Shown piece by piece: positions 1 to 13,012 of a stretch of DNA of 64,000 nt. The notes under the pieces were generated by a model. The model ran no database searches, was not told where the DNA came from, and saw only the letters and a list, made by a program, of their open reading frames with translations. Source of the stretch: Pseudogymnoascus verrucosus (Eukaryota). The stretch lies in NCBI GenBank assembly GCA_001662655.1, contig KV460214.1. One strand, written 5' to 3'. Positions within the stretch are counted from its first letter, which is position 1. Each line of letters begins with the position of its first letter. The position numbers were made by a program, and so were the translations under genes.

Positions 1-479
1 CGGAATAGATACTTGGCGTAAATTAAGACTACATTCTCGATAGTACTCAGTGGTACTGTAACCTTGCATAAACAGAAGCATGTGCAGATCGACTGTCCTA
101 AATTTCGGTAGGACCTCAGTTAACAACGAGGATGGACTAGACTCTCGGCTAAATTATGGGTTCTCTTTTCAGAATCCGGGCCAACTTCGGAGGAAGCCAT
201 GAATGTGTTGAGGGTTTGCGCTACCGGCCATAGACAGTAGCGTTAGATGTTTGCCTCGTCTGTCGGCAAATGTCCATTTCATCTGCCACATTAGTAATAT
301 TCATAACATAATACTGTCTGGTTTATACCCCCATATCCGGTGACGTGGAACGGGGTAATCGGGGAGAAGTTACCCCACATTTGGTGAGGAGACGATCTTA
401 AAGAATCAGTCCCCACAATCCACAAAACAATCTCGCGGGGCATCCGACAACTCAACATGACCCATGCTCATCAATAGTT

Positions 480-2674
480 ATGGAGGGGGAAATTGTTAGC
501 CCTGTCGCTGGACCTGTCGGTAGGGATCAAGGACATGAGTTCCCTTCCGATGGTCATAGGCCCCCTGCTCGACAGCGAGCACGTACTCGCGGTGTTACCG
601 CGTGTTCTCTCTGTCGAAGCCGAAAGACGAAATGCGACAATCAAAGACCAACGTGTGGCTATTGCTCGAGAACTCAAGTCGAATGCGCTTATGAAGATGA
701 TGTGGAGCTGAACTCGTAAGTCTGTATGGTGAGCTGCCGCCAGCCTTTAACGCAGCCCCCTTATCAAACAATAATAATAATTACTAGTTGTCATATTATC
801 GAGTCAGAGTTGCTTAAGAAAATAGAGACTCTAACAGGCCTACTTCAATCTCAAGCTCTCCAATTAACTGGGCGAGATGAGAGTACATTTCCCCCTATCC
901 TCCCCGATACTGAATTCTCGGCCCTACCGGCCCAAAACCACATCGAGAATCATTATCACCACTACCATTACTACCAAGAAACCAGCAAGAACAGCAAGCC
1001 GAACGAAAGCCTCATAGAACCACAGAGCACTTGCACAGACCATGGCTCCCTATCTGTTGGCGTTGATTCCGTATTATCATGGAAGATATTCCCGCAAACC
1101 TACTCTTATCTGACTTTACCGCGCGATTCCGACGACAATTGTGTGCAGTCCATTCCTTTACCAAATGTCGAGTATTTTGAGCTTGCAAGATTGGAATCCA
1201 AGTACATTACCTATGTCCATACAAAGAATCCAATCGTGGATCCCCGCGACATTCACCATCAAATTTGCCACGTTGTCGAGAACGGGCTGAGCTGGAACAC
1301 GTCGACATGCCTTGTTGCTCTAGTCTGTGCTCTTGGTGCGACATCAGAGAGATATGTAGCACAACAGAAATCGTCCTCCAGCTTAAGTCCAAACGAGATG
1401 CAAATAGACCACGGACTCATGAAAGATCTCGAAATTGCGGATAGGTTTTGGAACATCGCAGTGAAGAGGATTGGCCTTGCGATGAGTGAGAATAGTCTAG
1501 AGGCTGTTCAATGTCTTTGCCTTGCTGGGTAAGTGAGAAACATCAGCATCTCATGATGAGGCACTATCTGAAGGAACAAGCAATCGATACTAATGTTTAT
1601 CTAGAATATGGTACATGTACAATTTTCAGCCTTTACAAGCATGGAAATATTTCAGGCTCGCTAGTAATGCCTGGTATGTGTCATTTATTACAAGGTTGGT
1701 CATTATAGTATACTTCTAATATAGTTACTAACTTGCTTTCTAGAATGCCTTCTCTAACCAATAGGCCTTACGATGTAGGTGGCTCCTTGACGCTTGAGCA
1801 GAGTCTCTACTTTACCTGCTACAAGTCAGAATGGTATTTATATCTTCATACTAGATCATGACCGAACCAAAAACTAACGTGGTGCAGCGAACTTGCCTTT
1901 GAACTACCACTCCCTACTTCCATCCTCCACGACATCGGCTATCCCCATGCTTTTCCCTCTCCTCCAAACGTTGATGATCAAGCAGTAGACAAGGATGACA
2001 GTGCCATACAAAGACGTAGCTGGTACTATTACCTTGCCGAAATCGCATCCCGTCACCTCCTCAACCGGATAATCCAAACGCACTCAAGTAGTAAACTCCA
2101 AACGCCGAAAGATATCAGGTGTATGCTGCAAAAAGTCCAAATATTCCAATCGCAGCTTGAGGACTGGTACATCTCTCTCCCGCCAAGTCTATCCTTTCCG
2201 CGCCCTCTGGGAGATATAACCCCTCTGGAAGAAGAACTTCCCCAACTGCTGCGGGGAAGATACCTCGCAATTCTTGAGCTATGCTTCCGTCCATTCATCC
2301 AGCTATGCGTCAGCGATCCACTAGAGATCGAGCCTGATCTGCTCGCCAAAGTAGCAGACGCCGCGTCTCAAGGCTTAAAGTACTGTGTGATTAGGCTTTG
2401 GGGACTCCGCACGCCAAATAGACATCATGGACTGTGGTTTATTCTGCGGCTCATCGTAACGACGTCGCTCATTCTGATTGCGGCAGATAAGGCACAGCGT
2501 AATCCGGCTTTGAATGGCGCGCAGAGATTACAGATGCCAGAGGGTTGGAAACAACAGATTTTGGCTACCCGTGAGCTTTTTTCGAGGTTTTGGAGTGATC
2601 GGAAGGGTGGGATATACCAGTGTTCCCAGATCTTGGATTGGGCGCTTGCGGATGGAGATGAGGAGATGTCATAG
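480..2674 (+). CDS. Zn(II)2Cys6 transcription factor (5 exons)
   Basis: CSLCRSRKTKCDNQRPTCGYC..C cluster in exon 1. Spliced by eye across four GT-AG introns (first 716-787). The downstream region reads EQSLYFTCYKSECE and RSWYYYLAEIASRHLLNRI, typical of fungal C6 factors. Confidence 0.9.
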
Positions 2675-2793
2675 AAATGCCTACATTTTATGATCCTATT
2701 TGCGCAATAATAGTTTAATTACAACGTCAATTAGGTATAATGGGTGTATAGTACAAATCTCCAGCTCATAAATATAATTATAAAGTATCTACA

Positions 2794-3934
2794 TTACTCC
2801 TCATGCAGGTACTTCATCCCATTCTGTCTCCTCACCTCATCCATGATCCTCATGACCCTGACAGTTTCCTCTAACGGCATTGTCTCATTCTCCGTCCTCC
2901 CGTCGCGAATATCCATCGCCACCGCATCAGCCTCATAGAAGAAACCCCACCCTACAAATGAAAAATCTTGTACTGTCTCCATACCATCCTTACGCCTTAT
3001 AACCAAACTCTCTGGCTTCGACGCCGCACCACCTACAATCTCAATACAGCCCTCGCTACCCTCAACCCTCCCAAACACCTTACCGCTCTTATAGCGGTAT
3101 GATGCCGAGCACACCGCCTGCCGGCCCGTTTTCTGCTGTATCAACAGCACCGTCGCCTCTTCGTCCACACCTTCCTTCAACACCATTGCAGAGCGGACGG
3201 CCGGCTCCTCCCCTTCATCCCCCTTCGCCCCACACAATGCCATTCTCGCCCAGGTTAACGCATAAATTCCAATATCAAGCAAACAACCTGCCCCCAATCT
3301 CAAATCCACAAGCCTCGACCCAGCTCTCTGCTTCTCTAGCGGCATATCAAGCCCAAAATCAACAAAGACGCGAGTTATATCACCAATCAATTTTTTCTCG
3401 TGTAGGGCGCGCTGCAGCTCCTTCGCAATAGGGAAAAAGCGTGTCCAGAGCGCCTCCATGAGGAAGACGCCTTTTGCGCGCGCCGCGGCTATGAGCTGCT
3501 CTGACTCGGAAGCGGTGATGGTCATAGGTTTTTCGCAAAGAACGTGTTTTCCGGCGAGGATGGCGTCGAGGGCGTTGGTGAAGTGCAGGCCGGTTGGGGT
3601 GGCGATGTAAACAATGTCGACAGCGGGGTCAGTATAGACTTGGGCGTAGGAATCGTAGATAGAGCAACCGTTGCTCGTGGACGTCGAGGGGATGTGTTTT
3701 TGGGCAAAGGCTGTGCCTTTTTGGTAGGAAGAGGAACCGATAGCCTGGACTTTGTGAATGAGATTGGGCTCATTACGGTGCGTAGAAGGATCGAGGACGA
3801 GGTCAGAGACGAACCAGGATGCTATAAGCCCGGTCCCTAGAGGTTTGGTTAGGAGACATTTAATAACTACAGGAATGGAACTTACCTATGATTCCCCAAC
3901 GTAGAGTGAAAACATCCTGCTTCTCGAGAGACAT
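2794..3934 (-). CDS. Gfo/Idh/MocA NAD(P) oxidoreductase (dihydrodiol/D-xylose dehydrogenase-like)
   Basis: Spliced N-terminus MSLEKQDVFTLRWGIIGTGLIA, then DIVYIATP, HVLCEKP, EALWTRFFP and GCLLDIGIY. One intron near 3840-3885. Confidence 0.9.
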
Positions 3935-4559
3935 TATAAACTGTAGACGATGATTTATGGCTATTTTTAAAAAAACGAATATGCAATCCTACAAACCTAC
4001 AAACTATTCTTATATGGGATTCTTATTTATTAATGAATACGTATTAGAAAATTAGATGATCTTTCTCAAGTTACATTTAGCTCGTGCAACTAGGGGGTAT
4101 TCGGACTGGGGTAGTCGGACTGGGGTGCCCCATAACAAATTCTTGGCATCGCGGATGTCCGCGATTGGGTTAATGAATTGTGATTTTCCATGTTCCCCTC
4201 ACTACCGAGTTCCCATTGCCATCGGCAAACAGCATGGGGGAATGCCACCCTACGACCCAGCGTCTCGTTCGAACGCGCTAAAAAGAATGTGATATTCCTC
4301 TGTTCTTGACCTGGTTCCCGACTTGCCACTGTAACTCATCGGGGAGCTAGCCGCCGCGCTGCTCTGTGGCTACCTATACCTCGCGGAGGAATTGTCCGCA
4401 TGTGAGGTCACAAGGCCCTGATTCGATATATTTAAGGGTGATTATGTTATAACCTATATCTATATTATAACTATTTCTTACCGTGATAATCTACATTTCC
4501 TTCTTCTTCTTACTATAATTCTACTTTAGAATCGACTGCCAAAATCACACCAAGCAGCT

Positions 4560-5687
4560 ATGACGCAAATACCACTTCTAAACACCTCGAAATCCCCCCA
4601 AATTCTTAAAGTTGGCCTCATCGGCCTCGGTGAAGTTGCGCAAGCAGTTCACCTTCCGACCCTGTCCCTCCTCTCCCACCTCTTTACCGTCGTTGCAATC
4701 TGCGACATCTCCCCCGCCTCGCTGGCCCACTGCTCCGCCAAATTCCACATTCCTCACTGCTACACCTCCGCTGAGGAACTTTGCTTTCGCCCGGACCTCG
4801 ACATTATCTTCGTCCTCTCCTCCGATGAATTCCACGCTTCCCACACCATCACAGCCCTACAGAATCACAAACATGTCTTCGTCGAAAAGCCCGTTTCCCT
4901 CTCTGTCGCCTCCGCAGAACGCATGCGCGCCGCTGAAATCGCGAGTTGTGGCCGTGTCTTTGTGGCATATATGCGCCGCTATGCTAGTGCGCTACAGACC
5001 CTCCTATCAGAACTAAAGACGGCGGGCGACATCAAGTTCGCGCGCGTTCGCGACATCATCGGACCAAATTCGTTTTTTGTAGAGCAGTCCGGCACGTTTC
5101 CAGAGAAATTTGAGGATTTCCCGGCTGGGGCTATAGATGAGAGGAAGGCGCTGCTTGATGCGTTGTTGAGGGAAGCATATGAGGGACATAAGGAGGTTAC
5201 ACCATTGATGACGCGGTTCTGTCGCTTCCTTGGTGGACTCGGCTCTCATGATTTGAGCGTTATGCGCGAGGTTCTTGGTATGCCGAAGGCGTGTACTGGG
5301 GTCTCGATGCACCCACCCTTCTTCACTGCGACCTTTGAGTACGAGACTTTTGCTGTGTGCTACGAGAGTGGCCTAGATGATGTTCCAAGATTTGATGCGC
5401 ACCTACAGATCTACGGACAGAAGAAGACATTGAAGTTGCAGTATGATACGCCATATGTGAAGGGACTACCGGTGAAGGTTTTAGTGGAAGAGATGACGGC
5501 AGAAAAGGGATACCAGCAGAGAGAGATCGTGCCGACATATGAGGATGCATATACAGCAGAATTAAAGCAGTTGCATGAGACTATTACGCAGGGAGGGGAG
5601 ATTAAGACGACAATTACGGATGCAATGAAGGATTTGGAAATCTTTCAGATGATATTAAAGAAAGCATTTCCTCTAGACTTATGTTAG
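4560..5687 (+). CDS. Gfo/Idh/MocA oxidoreductase (myo-inositol 2-dehydrogenase-like), intronless
   Basis: 375-aa ORF with VGLIGLGEVA Rossmann motif, HVFVEKP, YMRRY and GSHDLS. Confidence 0.88.
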   Translation: MTQIPLLNTSKSPQILKVGLIGLGEVAQAVHLPTLSLLSHLFTVVAICDISPASLAHCSAKFHIPHCYTSAEELCFRPDLDIIFVLSSDEFHASHTITALQNHKHVFVEKPVSLSVASAERMRAAEIASCGRVFVAYMRRYASALQTLLSELKTAGDIKFARVRDIIGPNSFFVEQSGTFPEKFEDFPAGAIDERKALLDALLREAYEGHKEVTPLMTRFCRFLGGLGSHDLSVMREVLGMPKACTGVSMHPPFFTATFEYETFAVCYESGLDDVPRFDAHLQIYGQKKTLKLQYDTPYVKGLPVKVLVEEMTAEKGYQQREIVPTYEDAYTAELKQLHETITQGGEIKTTITDAMKDLEIFQMILKKAFPLDLC

Positions 5688-6147
5688 CAGACTCTGCTCC
5701 TATACTTTCTTTCCTAATGTAGACAATTGTAATCGTTGTTGTTGTTGTCGCCCTCACATATCTCGTGATCGAGGTGAATCTGAAAGTTAGATGATGTTCG
5801 CGAGCGAACTATGGCAATTGACTTGCTACACTCGGGCTCATTTGTCGACTTTTAGGAGTCACTGTTATCTAAATCGCTATTATTTGATTTTATATCCTTG
5901 CACATAACTAAGACAGCGCTTTCTTAAATGCTAAGTGTAACTAGTATACTTATACTGCGCATTTGTTCCCTCACTAAGCACAGCATTTAGCAACGACTGA
6001 AAGGGAGGTGCGTATCGAGCCATGATGAGCATGATCAGCGCCTTACATATTGGCGTAGGGTCAACAATTACGCTTATCCCCCCTCATGCTCCCCCTCCTT
6101 ATGCCAACTTGCCTCACTAATTTAAAACCGTCCAAGCCGTGGCCCAC

Positions 6148-7050
6148 TCATCCATTCCATATGGAACCCGTATTTCTACTGCATCCCCCCCCTTACGAAC
6201 CCTATCCCGGCGCTCACCCACCTCGTCACGTCAACATCCACACAGCAGTCCGAGATTCGCTGCCTTGGTCGGTATCAGTAAGCACACACAGCCATCATCA
6301 CAGGCCACAGAGAGAATGGGAAACTCACAAGTCATCCCTGAGAAGCACAGCTACTCGCTCCATTCCCATCCTATTCATGTACCGCTCAAAGGTGACTACA
6401 GTCCCATCCTGTAAATCCGGCGCATACTCAAGGCACCAGAAGGATTTCACCACCCCTCTCAATTGCTCTCCTTCACCTGGCGTTGATGCTGCTAGTAGTT
6501 TCTCTACCGCCCCCATTAGGTCCCTCTTCACCTCTTCCCTCCTCGCGGAATCGGCGGTACAGAATCGCCGCACAACAATAATCACTTCATCCTTCGTAGC
6601 ACCGCCAAACTGCACAGTTTCATCATCGACAAGACTCAGATACCCGATCCCCGCCGGCGTCAGCGGCCGTAGATCAGTGGGCAACTCTGTGATTCCCTCT
6701 GGGACGACAGCGGAGCGGAAGGCTTTGTATTCCGGGGTGCTGCGGTGAGTTTGCGAGAGGGCCTTCTCAGACTTATACCTAGATTTCATTAGTTAATCTC
6801 TTATAGTGGAGGCAGATATATGTGGAGGAGAACGGGAGTACACTTCCAAGCCCCTCAAATACCGATCCGGAACCGCATTCTCGACATCACTTTTGAACCA
6901 CGCGTAGGCAAAGCATTCGGGCTCGTTTGCGATGGTTGTGTGTGCGACGGGGCCGAGAAGGGAGAGCATCTGCGGAATGATTTCTGGGGTTAGCTGATTT
7001 TGGCCTTGCTGATTTGGTGGAAAGGAGAGGACTGGGACTAGGGTGGTCAT
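6148..7050 (-). CDS. Tandem dimeric alpha/beta-barrel (ABM-like) protein, 3 exons
   Basis: ORFs 6793-7050 and 6325-6789 join through an intron. A second intron (GTGAGT...CTGATACCGACCAAG) gives the last exon LQRISDCCVDVDVTRWVSAGIGF...NG*. The two halves end in AGIGY and AGIGF. EPECFAYAW and EVY..E.AL..H match the ABM pattern. Confidence 0.65.
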
Positions 7051-7374
7051 TTACCCGATCACGTTTCTCGTAGGATGTGCACTTTGTCAGAGCAATAACG
7101 ACGTGCATTTTTTCGATAGTGAGTGATCGCGTAGACAATTCCAATGGCCATCTTGAAGTTCTAATACACATATGTGATGTGTTTACATGGATACTAGTAC
7201 TGAATCACTATGTGGGGTCGCTCGGAGATATGAGTCCGGTGAGCACGGCCACTGAATTGCGGGGTTTGGATGGAATCTTCATATTATAAGACCAACGACA
7301 GTCACTGCTTTCACATGACGTAAAAAGCAGAACACTCGGTTCTCGATTTGATTTTGAACATTCCAAAAGAAGAT

Positions 7375-8157
7375 ATGGCAGAATTATCCGAGGAGTTTGT
7401 CTCATCCCTCGCCCGCATCGGCACGGACATTCCTGACTTCAGGTGGTACCTATCAGCCATTGTGTTCCTCGGCGCTGCGAACTACCCAGAACACATCCCT
7501 TATCTATACCAGCAATTACTCAAACACCATATACATGAAGAAGAGCACTTTGAGGCCACAAAAGCACTACGAGAGTCATTTACAAAGGCCTCCGCCATCA
7601 TGGGCGCAGCAAGGGTAACTTCCTCCCCCTGGCCAAAGCTTACGGCGTTGCCTTGCTCACTCCTTCCCCCCATCACTCACAATCTAACTCCACATTTTCA
7701 ATAGACAGGCAATGCCATCCGCCTCCTCGGCACTGCTACTCTGCCCCACCTAAAGGATACCACCTTCCACCGCTCAGGTCTCACCGACGACAGCGTCACC
7801 GTACCCCGTGGCAAGGCTCTGCACACCAAGATCTACGGGCAGAACGTGCTCTTCGACGGCTCACGCACCGTCGACGCCTCGCTTGACTATGCTTACGTCG
7901 TTCGTGAGCTCTTCTACGGGAAGATCTTCTCGTTTGAAGGGATTCTGGGGTTCCGCGAGACGGAACAAGTGATTGTCGCAGCGCTAATAGGGGTTGATTG
8001 TATGAATCAGGTCAGTCATCATATGTTTGGGATGAGGGTAAATGGGGTTGGGAAGACGGAGGTGGAGGCGAATCGTCAGATTTGTTTAGCTATTGCGGCG
8101 GAGTTGGAGATTGGGTTTAAAGAGGGCGTTATTGAAGTTCCTGACGTGCCGGAGTAG
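7375..8157 (+). CDS. AhpD/carboxymuconolactone decarboxylase-like helical protein
   Basis: Two exons (intron about 7615-7704). LRESFTKASAIMGAAR, RGKALHTKIYG, YGKIFS, ETEQVIVAAL and HHMFGMRVNG match fungal AhpD/CMD (Pxp2-like) proteins. Confidence 0.7.
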
Positions 8158-8334
8158 AGCTTTGAATTGTAATGCCTTGTTTATTTTAGCAATTTAAAAT
8201 TAAATGCCTGCTTATAGTGATCAATGGTCCACGGAGAATCGAACGGCACACGTCGAATTTGGGGCGACCTGTACAGCTCTCTATCATGGTCGTCCCGGTT
8301 ATCGCTACTGGGGGTGATGTTTCTTCTGGAGTTG

Positions 8335-8570
8335 GCTAAAATGTTGCAAAGGTTCAATCGGAGCTTTCTTGGGGATTTTCAGCCTTTATTAAATATGGAA
8401 AGAACGGTAACCAAGCAAACTCAGCCGCAGCTTCCCCGTAGGTTTCGAATCCTATGTATGGAAAGAACGATTACTAAGCAAACGATCGCAACTTCCCTAG
8501 AACTTTCAAGCCATATATGGAAGGAGAGGTTACCAAGCAAGGCCCGAGTCGCAGCTTCCTTCGGGCATAA
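8335..8570. repeat. Degenerate tandem repeat of about 60 bp, 3 clear copies and 1 weak copy
   Basis: TATGGAA..A..G.T.AC.AAGCAA...CGCA.CTTCC starts at 8394, 8457 and 8516. Confidence 0.7.
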
Positions 8571-8794
8571 AAATTTGTTAAATTCGCAAACGTTCTTACA
8601 CTGGGAATAACCCGAGCTACTTCGAAACTATGTGTGCACCTAGATTTTTGTGCCCATCGTGGCCAGTTCGTATTCACGAGACATTTTCTGGGGTCACTAG
8701 TGGAAGTGGGCATGGTAGTTGAGTTTTAAAACCGAGGAAACTGAGTAAAACTTATAACTAGTCTTGAGACTTCTGTTGTTGAAGTATAATTTCT

Positions 8795-9943
8795 CTAAAA
8801 GAATGCTATGGCATTTGGCGGGGACGCTACTGCCCCTGAATAGTTTAATGGGGCGCTGGAGACAAAAAAAGAGTACCGGCCGGTTTTCTTGCACATCCTC
8901 GATAGACCCTCGAGGTCGAAGAGCTCGCCGATTGGTGTGCCCCATCCTGCTAATAATATTGGATGTAGATGCCACGCTGGATCAGCGTGTGCTAAGAGAA
9001 GAGCTATCAGTATCGCACGGCCGTGGCAGAACAGAAAATAATGAGAAACTTACGGCCACACTCAAAAGCAGGATTATCAGCAGCGACTGCAGCAAACTGG
9101 CTCTCCCATAGCCACTCTGTGGTTGTTTGAGATTGCATCATTCCCGGCCATTGGCGCTCCATCTTCATGGCTTCTCGCTCGCTTTGGTCCAGCGTAAGAT
9201 ACCCTTGGACAAATCCCGTGCGGAGAAACAGGATATCACCTATGTGGACTTCGGTCTTAGTCTCAGCTAAAATAGTCTTTACTACGTCCACAGAGATCTG
9301 ATGCGCTTTGGTCTTGTCATATTTGATGCCATTTCGATCGGCATAATCGGCATAGTCAACAAGGATGCCGCGACCGGCAATGCCTTTTTTTGCCCATGCA
9401 TCCAGCCCATTCACCGGGTTCGAGTAGTCGGAGCCAGAACCATGAATCTCGCCCTGCATTGCTCTATGAATGCAAGAGCATGGTCAATAAATTTGTCCAT
9501 AGCTTTGCGAAGAGCAGCGAGTTTACCCGTTATAGAATTGCCCCTCCTTCTGGAAAGCAAAATGCCTAAAACTATCCCATTGAGAGCTACTCTGTGTGTT
9601 AAACGATATCACGTCGTCATTTATGACCCTGGGGGCTTTGTTGATAATCTTCTTCTCAAAAGCGCTACGCCCAAGAAGGGGCGGGTTTATGAGATCCAGG
9701 GGGAGGCTACATCATGTATTAGACACTATGTTATATCATACAATGGCAGGCTTACTTCAGTCCGACACGCTGACCTGTCTTAACTTCACCCAGAATGGCT
9801 TTTTGCACAAGCTCGTCTGTGAGGTAATTGAGGGTTCCTAGCTGGTCGTCTTTGCCCCATCGTCCCCAGGCTGAACGCGGAGGATCTCCGGGCCGTAGAG
9901 GTAGGGATGATAGCGGGGGTAATGGTGAGGCTTCTGTTAACAT
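8795..9943 (-). CDS. Putative cyclase / kynurenine formamidase-family metallohydrolase (4 exons)
   Basis: SAWGRWGKDDQLGTLNYLT, FNTQSSSQWDSFRH, GIAGRGILVD, GDILFLRTG, AADNPAFE, LHPILLAGWGTPIGELFDLEGLS and ASPPNAIAFF*. Confidence 0.88.
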
Positions 9944-10426
9944 AGCTGGAGCAAGTTATCTTCCTAATTGACAAGATCTTTATTCTTTTCATGTAGATTT
10001 AGATCGTTGCTATAGTCTAAATACTCCTGGGATCCCAATAGTCAGCGCATCATACCCCGCAGCTGCATCTCCTTCGGTATAAATTTGTCCGGAAAGTGAA
10101 GCCCGAGACTATCGGATCTTTGTAATCTACTAGAGACCATTTGGACGCTAGCGGCTCGACCAGGGAACCAGGGAACGGGGGGCCCTCCACCAGTCGCGGA
10201 TGGCATCGAAACCAAGCAACGCCGCCAAGACGTTTCCATAATATCTATAAAATAATTTACATAGCTATAGGGGTAAGCCAAGATCCAAGGTCGGTGCTGT
10301 GCTTCCGGCGCAGGGACTGTGTGAACATTGTGGCTATTGAAACAGCGGACAGAGACTATTCTAGCAATTACGGAGCACTAAGAAGCTAGTCCCTGTCGAC
10401 GCCTTATCTCTATGACCCTAATTGTC

Positions 10427-10491
10427 AACCCCGGACTTTACAACCCCGGATTCTGAACCCCGGATTCTGTTACTTTGTCCTAAATCCGGGG
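10427..10491. promoter_or_regulatory. Clustered (AA)CCCCGGA motifs, 3 direct and 1 inverted, in the cyclase/MFS divergent promoter
   Basis: AACCCCGGA at 10427, AACCCCGGATTCTG at 10442 and 10456, AATCCGGGG at 10483. Each contains the CGG triplet used by Zn2Cys6 factors and also fits the CreA consensus SYGGRG. Confidence 0.55.
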
Positions 10492-10645
10492 AAAAGGGTA
10501 GTATAAGTCACGTATCTGATATCTCTCTCTGAATCAAGGACCTCCCGGCACGTACATATATATAGGATGCCGATATCTTACATTATACTCCCCCTTCCCC
10601 TTTCAAGAGCTTCAGTTCTACACCCACGCCGTACCTTTCAAAATC

Positions 10646-12374
10646 ATGGAGCTTGAAAAAGAACCAAGAGTAGATCAAGTAGAGGGACACTGTTCAGGCT
10701 CTAGAAGACCATCTCAAGACCAGATGACCTCGACCAGAGAACTTCTACCTCGACCTTCGGATGACCCTAGAGATCCGTTGAACTGGCCATTGTGGCTTAA
10801 GGTACGGCAACCATAGGCGCGTGAAACATTTCTAGCACTGACAAATAAAGATTTCAATCCTGATTCAAGTCAGCTCTCTAGCTGCTCTGGGAACCTTCAA
10901 CACTGCGGTTATAAACCCAGCTTATGGCCCACTTGCGGCAGAATTTAACATAACGACGGTGACCGCTTCTTATCAGACGTAAGTAGAGAAAATCTCCATG
11001 TCTCATGGATTCTTGTTGACTAATGTTACTTTAAAGGACTGTGGCCATTGGTATAAATGGAATCGGTCCCTTTATTTGGATCCCGTTCGCAAACGTATAT
11101 GGACGTCGCCCTATATACCTTCTTACAACCTTAATTGGATTTGCAACGGCCCTTGCATGCGGTTTCACGAATACTTTCAGCCAATTGATCATTGCCCGAG
11201 TCTTTAATGGCTTATTCCCCGTCGCCATGGCTCTAGGGCCAGCTACGGTGAACGACCTCTTCTTCTTCCATCAGAGAGGTCGAGCAATGGGAGTATTTAC
11301 TGTAGCACTGACGAGTGGTGCCCACTTTGCTTCATTAGTTGGTGGGCCAGTCGGGCAATTTTTGGGCTGGAGGTGGTGCTTCAAGCTCACGGCAATCATG
11401 AACGCTGTAATGCTTTTCATTATATTCTTCGCGCTCCCAGAAACTCTCTATGTCCGCCGCCATAACGAACTAACCTTGTCAGCGACACAGCGAGAAGTGA
11501 GGCTTGCTCCAACTACATACCTCAGTTCGTTGCGGCTGTGGTCGACCTATCCCGAGTTGAAGCTCAAACTCAAGCACTTCATCATTCCAAGCTTCAAAAT
11601 GACTAGATACCCTAGTGTTATATTCCCAGCACTTTATTACAGCGCACAGTATTCGTATGCTGCTATCCTTCCGGCAGTCACAGTCGCAACTATTTTTGAG
11701 GAGCGATATCATTGGGGTACACTACAGACAGGGCTATCGTATGGTGGGACTTTCACCATAGGCTCACTTGTGGGAGAGGTAAGCACGATTTGTTCTAAAC
11801 TAGATGTACTTTGCTAACTTTTATCCAGTTTGCGGGGGGGCTTGTTCTTGATAAAATGGTAGCTTCGGAGGCACGTCGACTGGGCCGCAACCCAGAGCCA
11901 GAAGTCCGTCTCAAAGCAATCTGGCCAGGAGCATTCCTTGTACCTACTGGTCTTCTCATCTACGGTTTCTCTATACAATACCCTACGCCATGGTTTCCGG
12001 CGCTGTTTGGCATGTTCATAGCCATCTTCGGTCTTCAAATCATCGCCACAGTCTGCTATACATATCCAGTAGACTGTTACCGACAGGAAGGGTCAGAGAT
12101 CTCGCAGTTAATAAATTTTATCCGACAACTGACGGGCATGACTGTGGCATTCTACGTAGTAAGATTGTGCAAATCAATTGGCTACCAGTATGGGTTCATT
12201 ATTTTCACGATTCTTTCTAGCGTTTTGGCTTTCCTGCCAATGTTGTGGTTGATGAGGTATGGTGAGGCGACAAGAAAGAGGATTGGTTCTCCTAAGAATG
12301 TAAATGTATTCGACAGTGTCGGAATGCTAGGAGAAGAGGAAACGGTGGAGGCAGACGGTATCGAAAAGAAGTAG
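10646..12374 (+). CDS. MFS transporter (DHA1-like), 4 exons
   Basis: PRPSDDPRDPLNWP, YGRRPIYL, DLFFFHQRGRAMG, WRWCF, LPETLY and PEVRL motifs, plus multiple hydrophobic segments. Confidence 0.9.
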
Positions 12375-13012
12375 GAGGTGTTAACAGGTTGACATTACAA
12401 ATTAGTTTCCTATGTAGACGAAATTCTCCCAACACAATTTCCCTCTTGGATTCTCAACAATGAGACTAAGCTTGAGAACTACGACGAGGGATATTAAAAA
12501 GGAAGAGAACGGATATTCATGTCCTATCTAATATACACTGATCTAAATAAAAATGATGTTACCAGAAGAATTTTCCTCCAATCATCTGTGGGACGTTCTG
12601 GTCATTAAATTTTATATTGACATTATTAAAACAAGATCGCCAATTTCTCGAAGTTTGGAGAGATTTCTAATGAGTGTAATGACTACGTCCGGAAATATGG
12701 CACACTGCCACCATTGTCCGTTGGCAAGGTCACCCCCGAAAATTTACTGGAAACTATAAATAGGAGTAGAGAGGAACCCTCAATGGGACATATAGCTCAG
12801 GAAGGTAGTACTATACACCTCGAGTGATTTATCTGACCTCCCCTATCTAATATATATCCATTTGCGGCCGCACATAACGATGCATTGGATTCATTTGATT
12901 GGTTATTGCAAATACATATAACAATTGTATATAGTACATCTAAGCAAATCCTAGATCTTAAATAACAATAAATTTTACCTATATAGACCTACAGGCTATC
13001 TAAAAATTGAAA

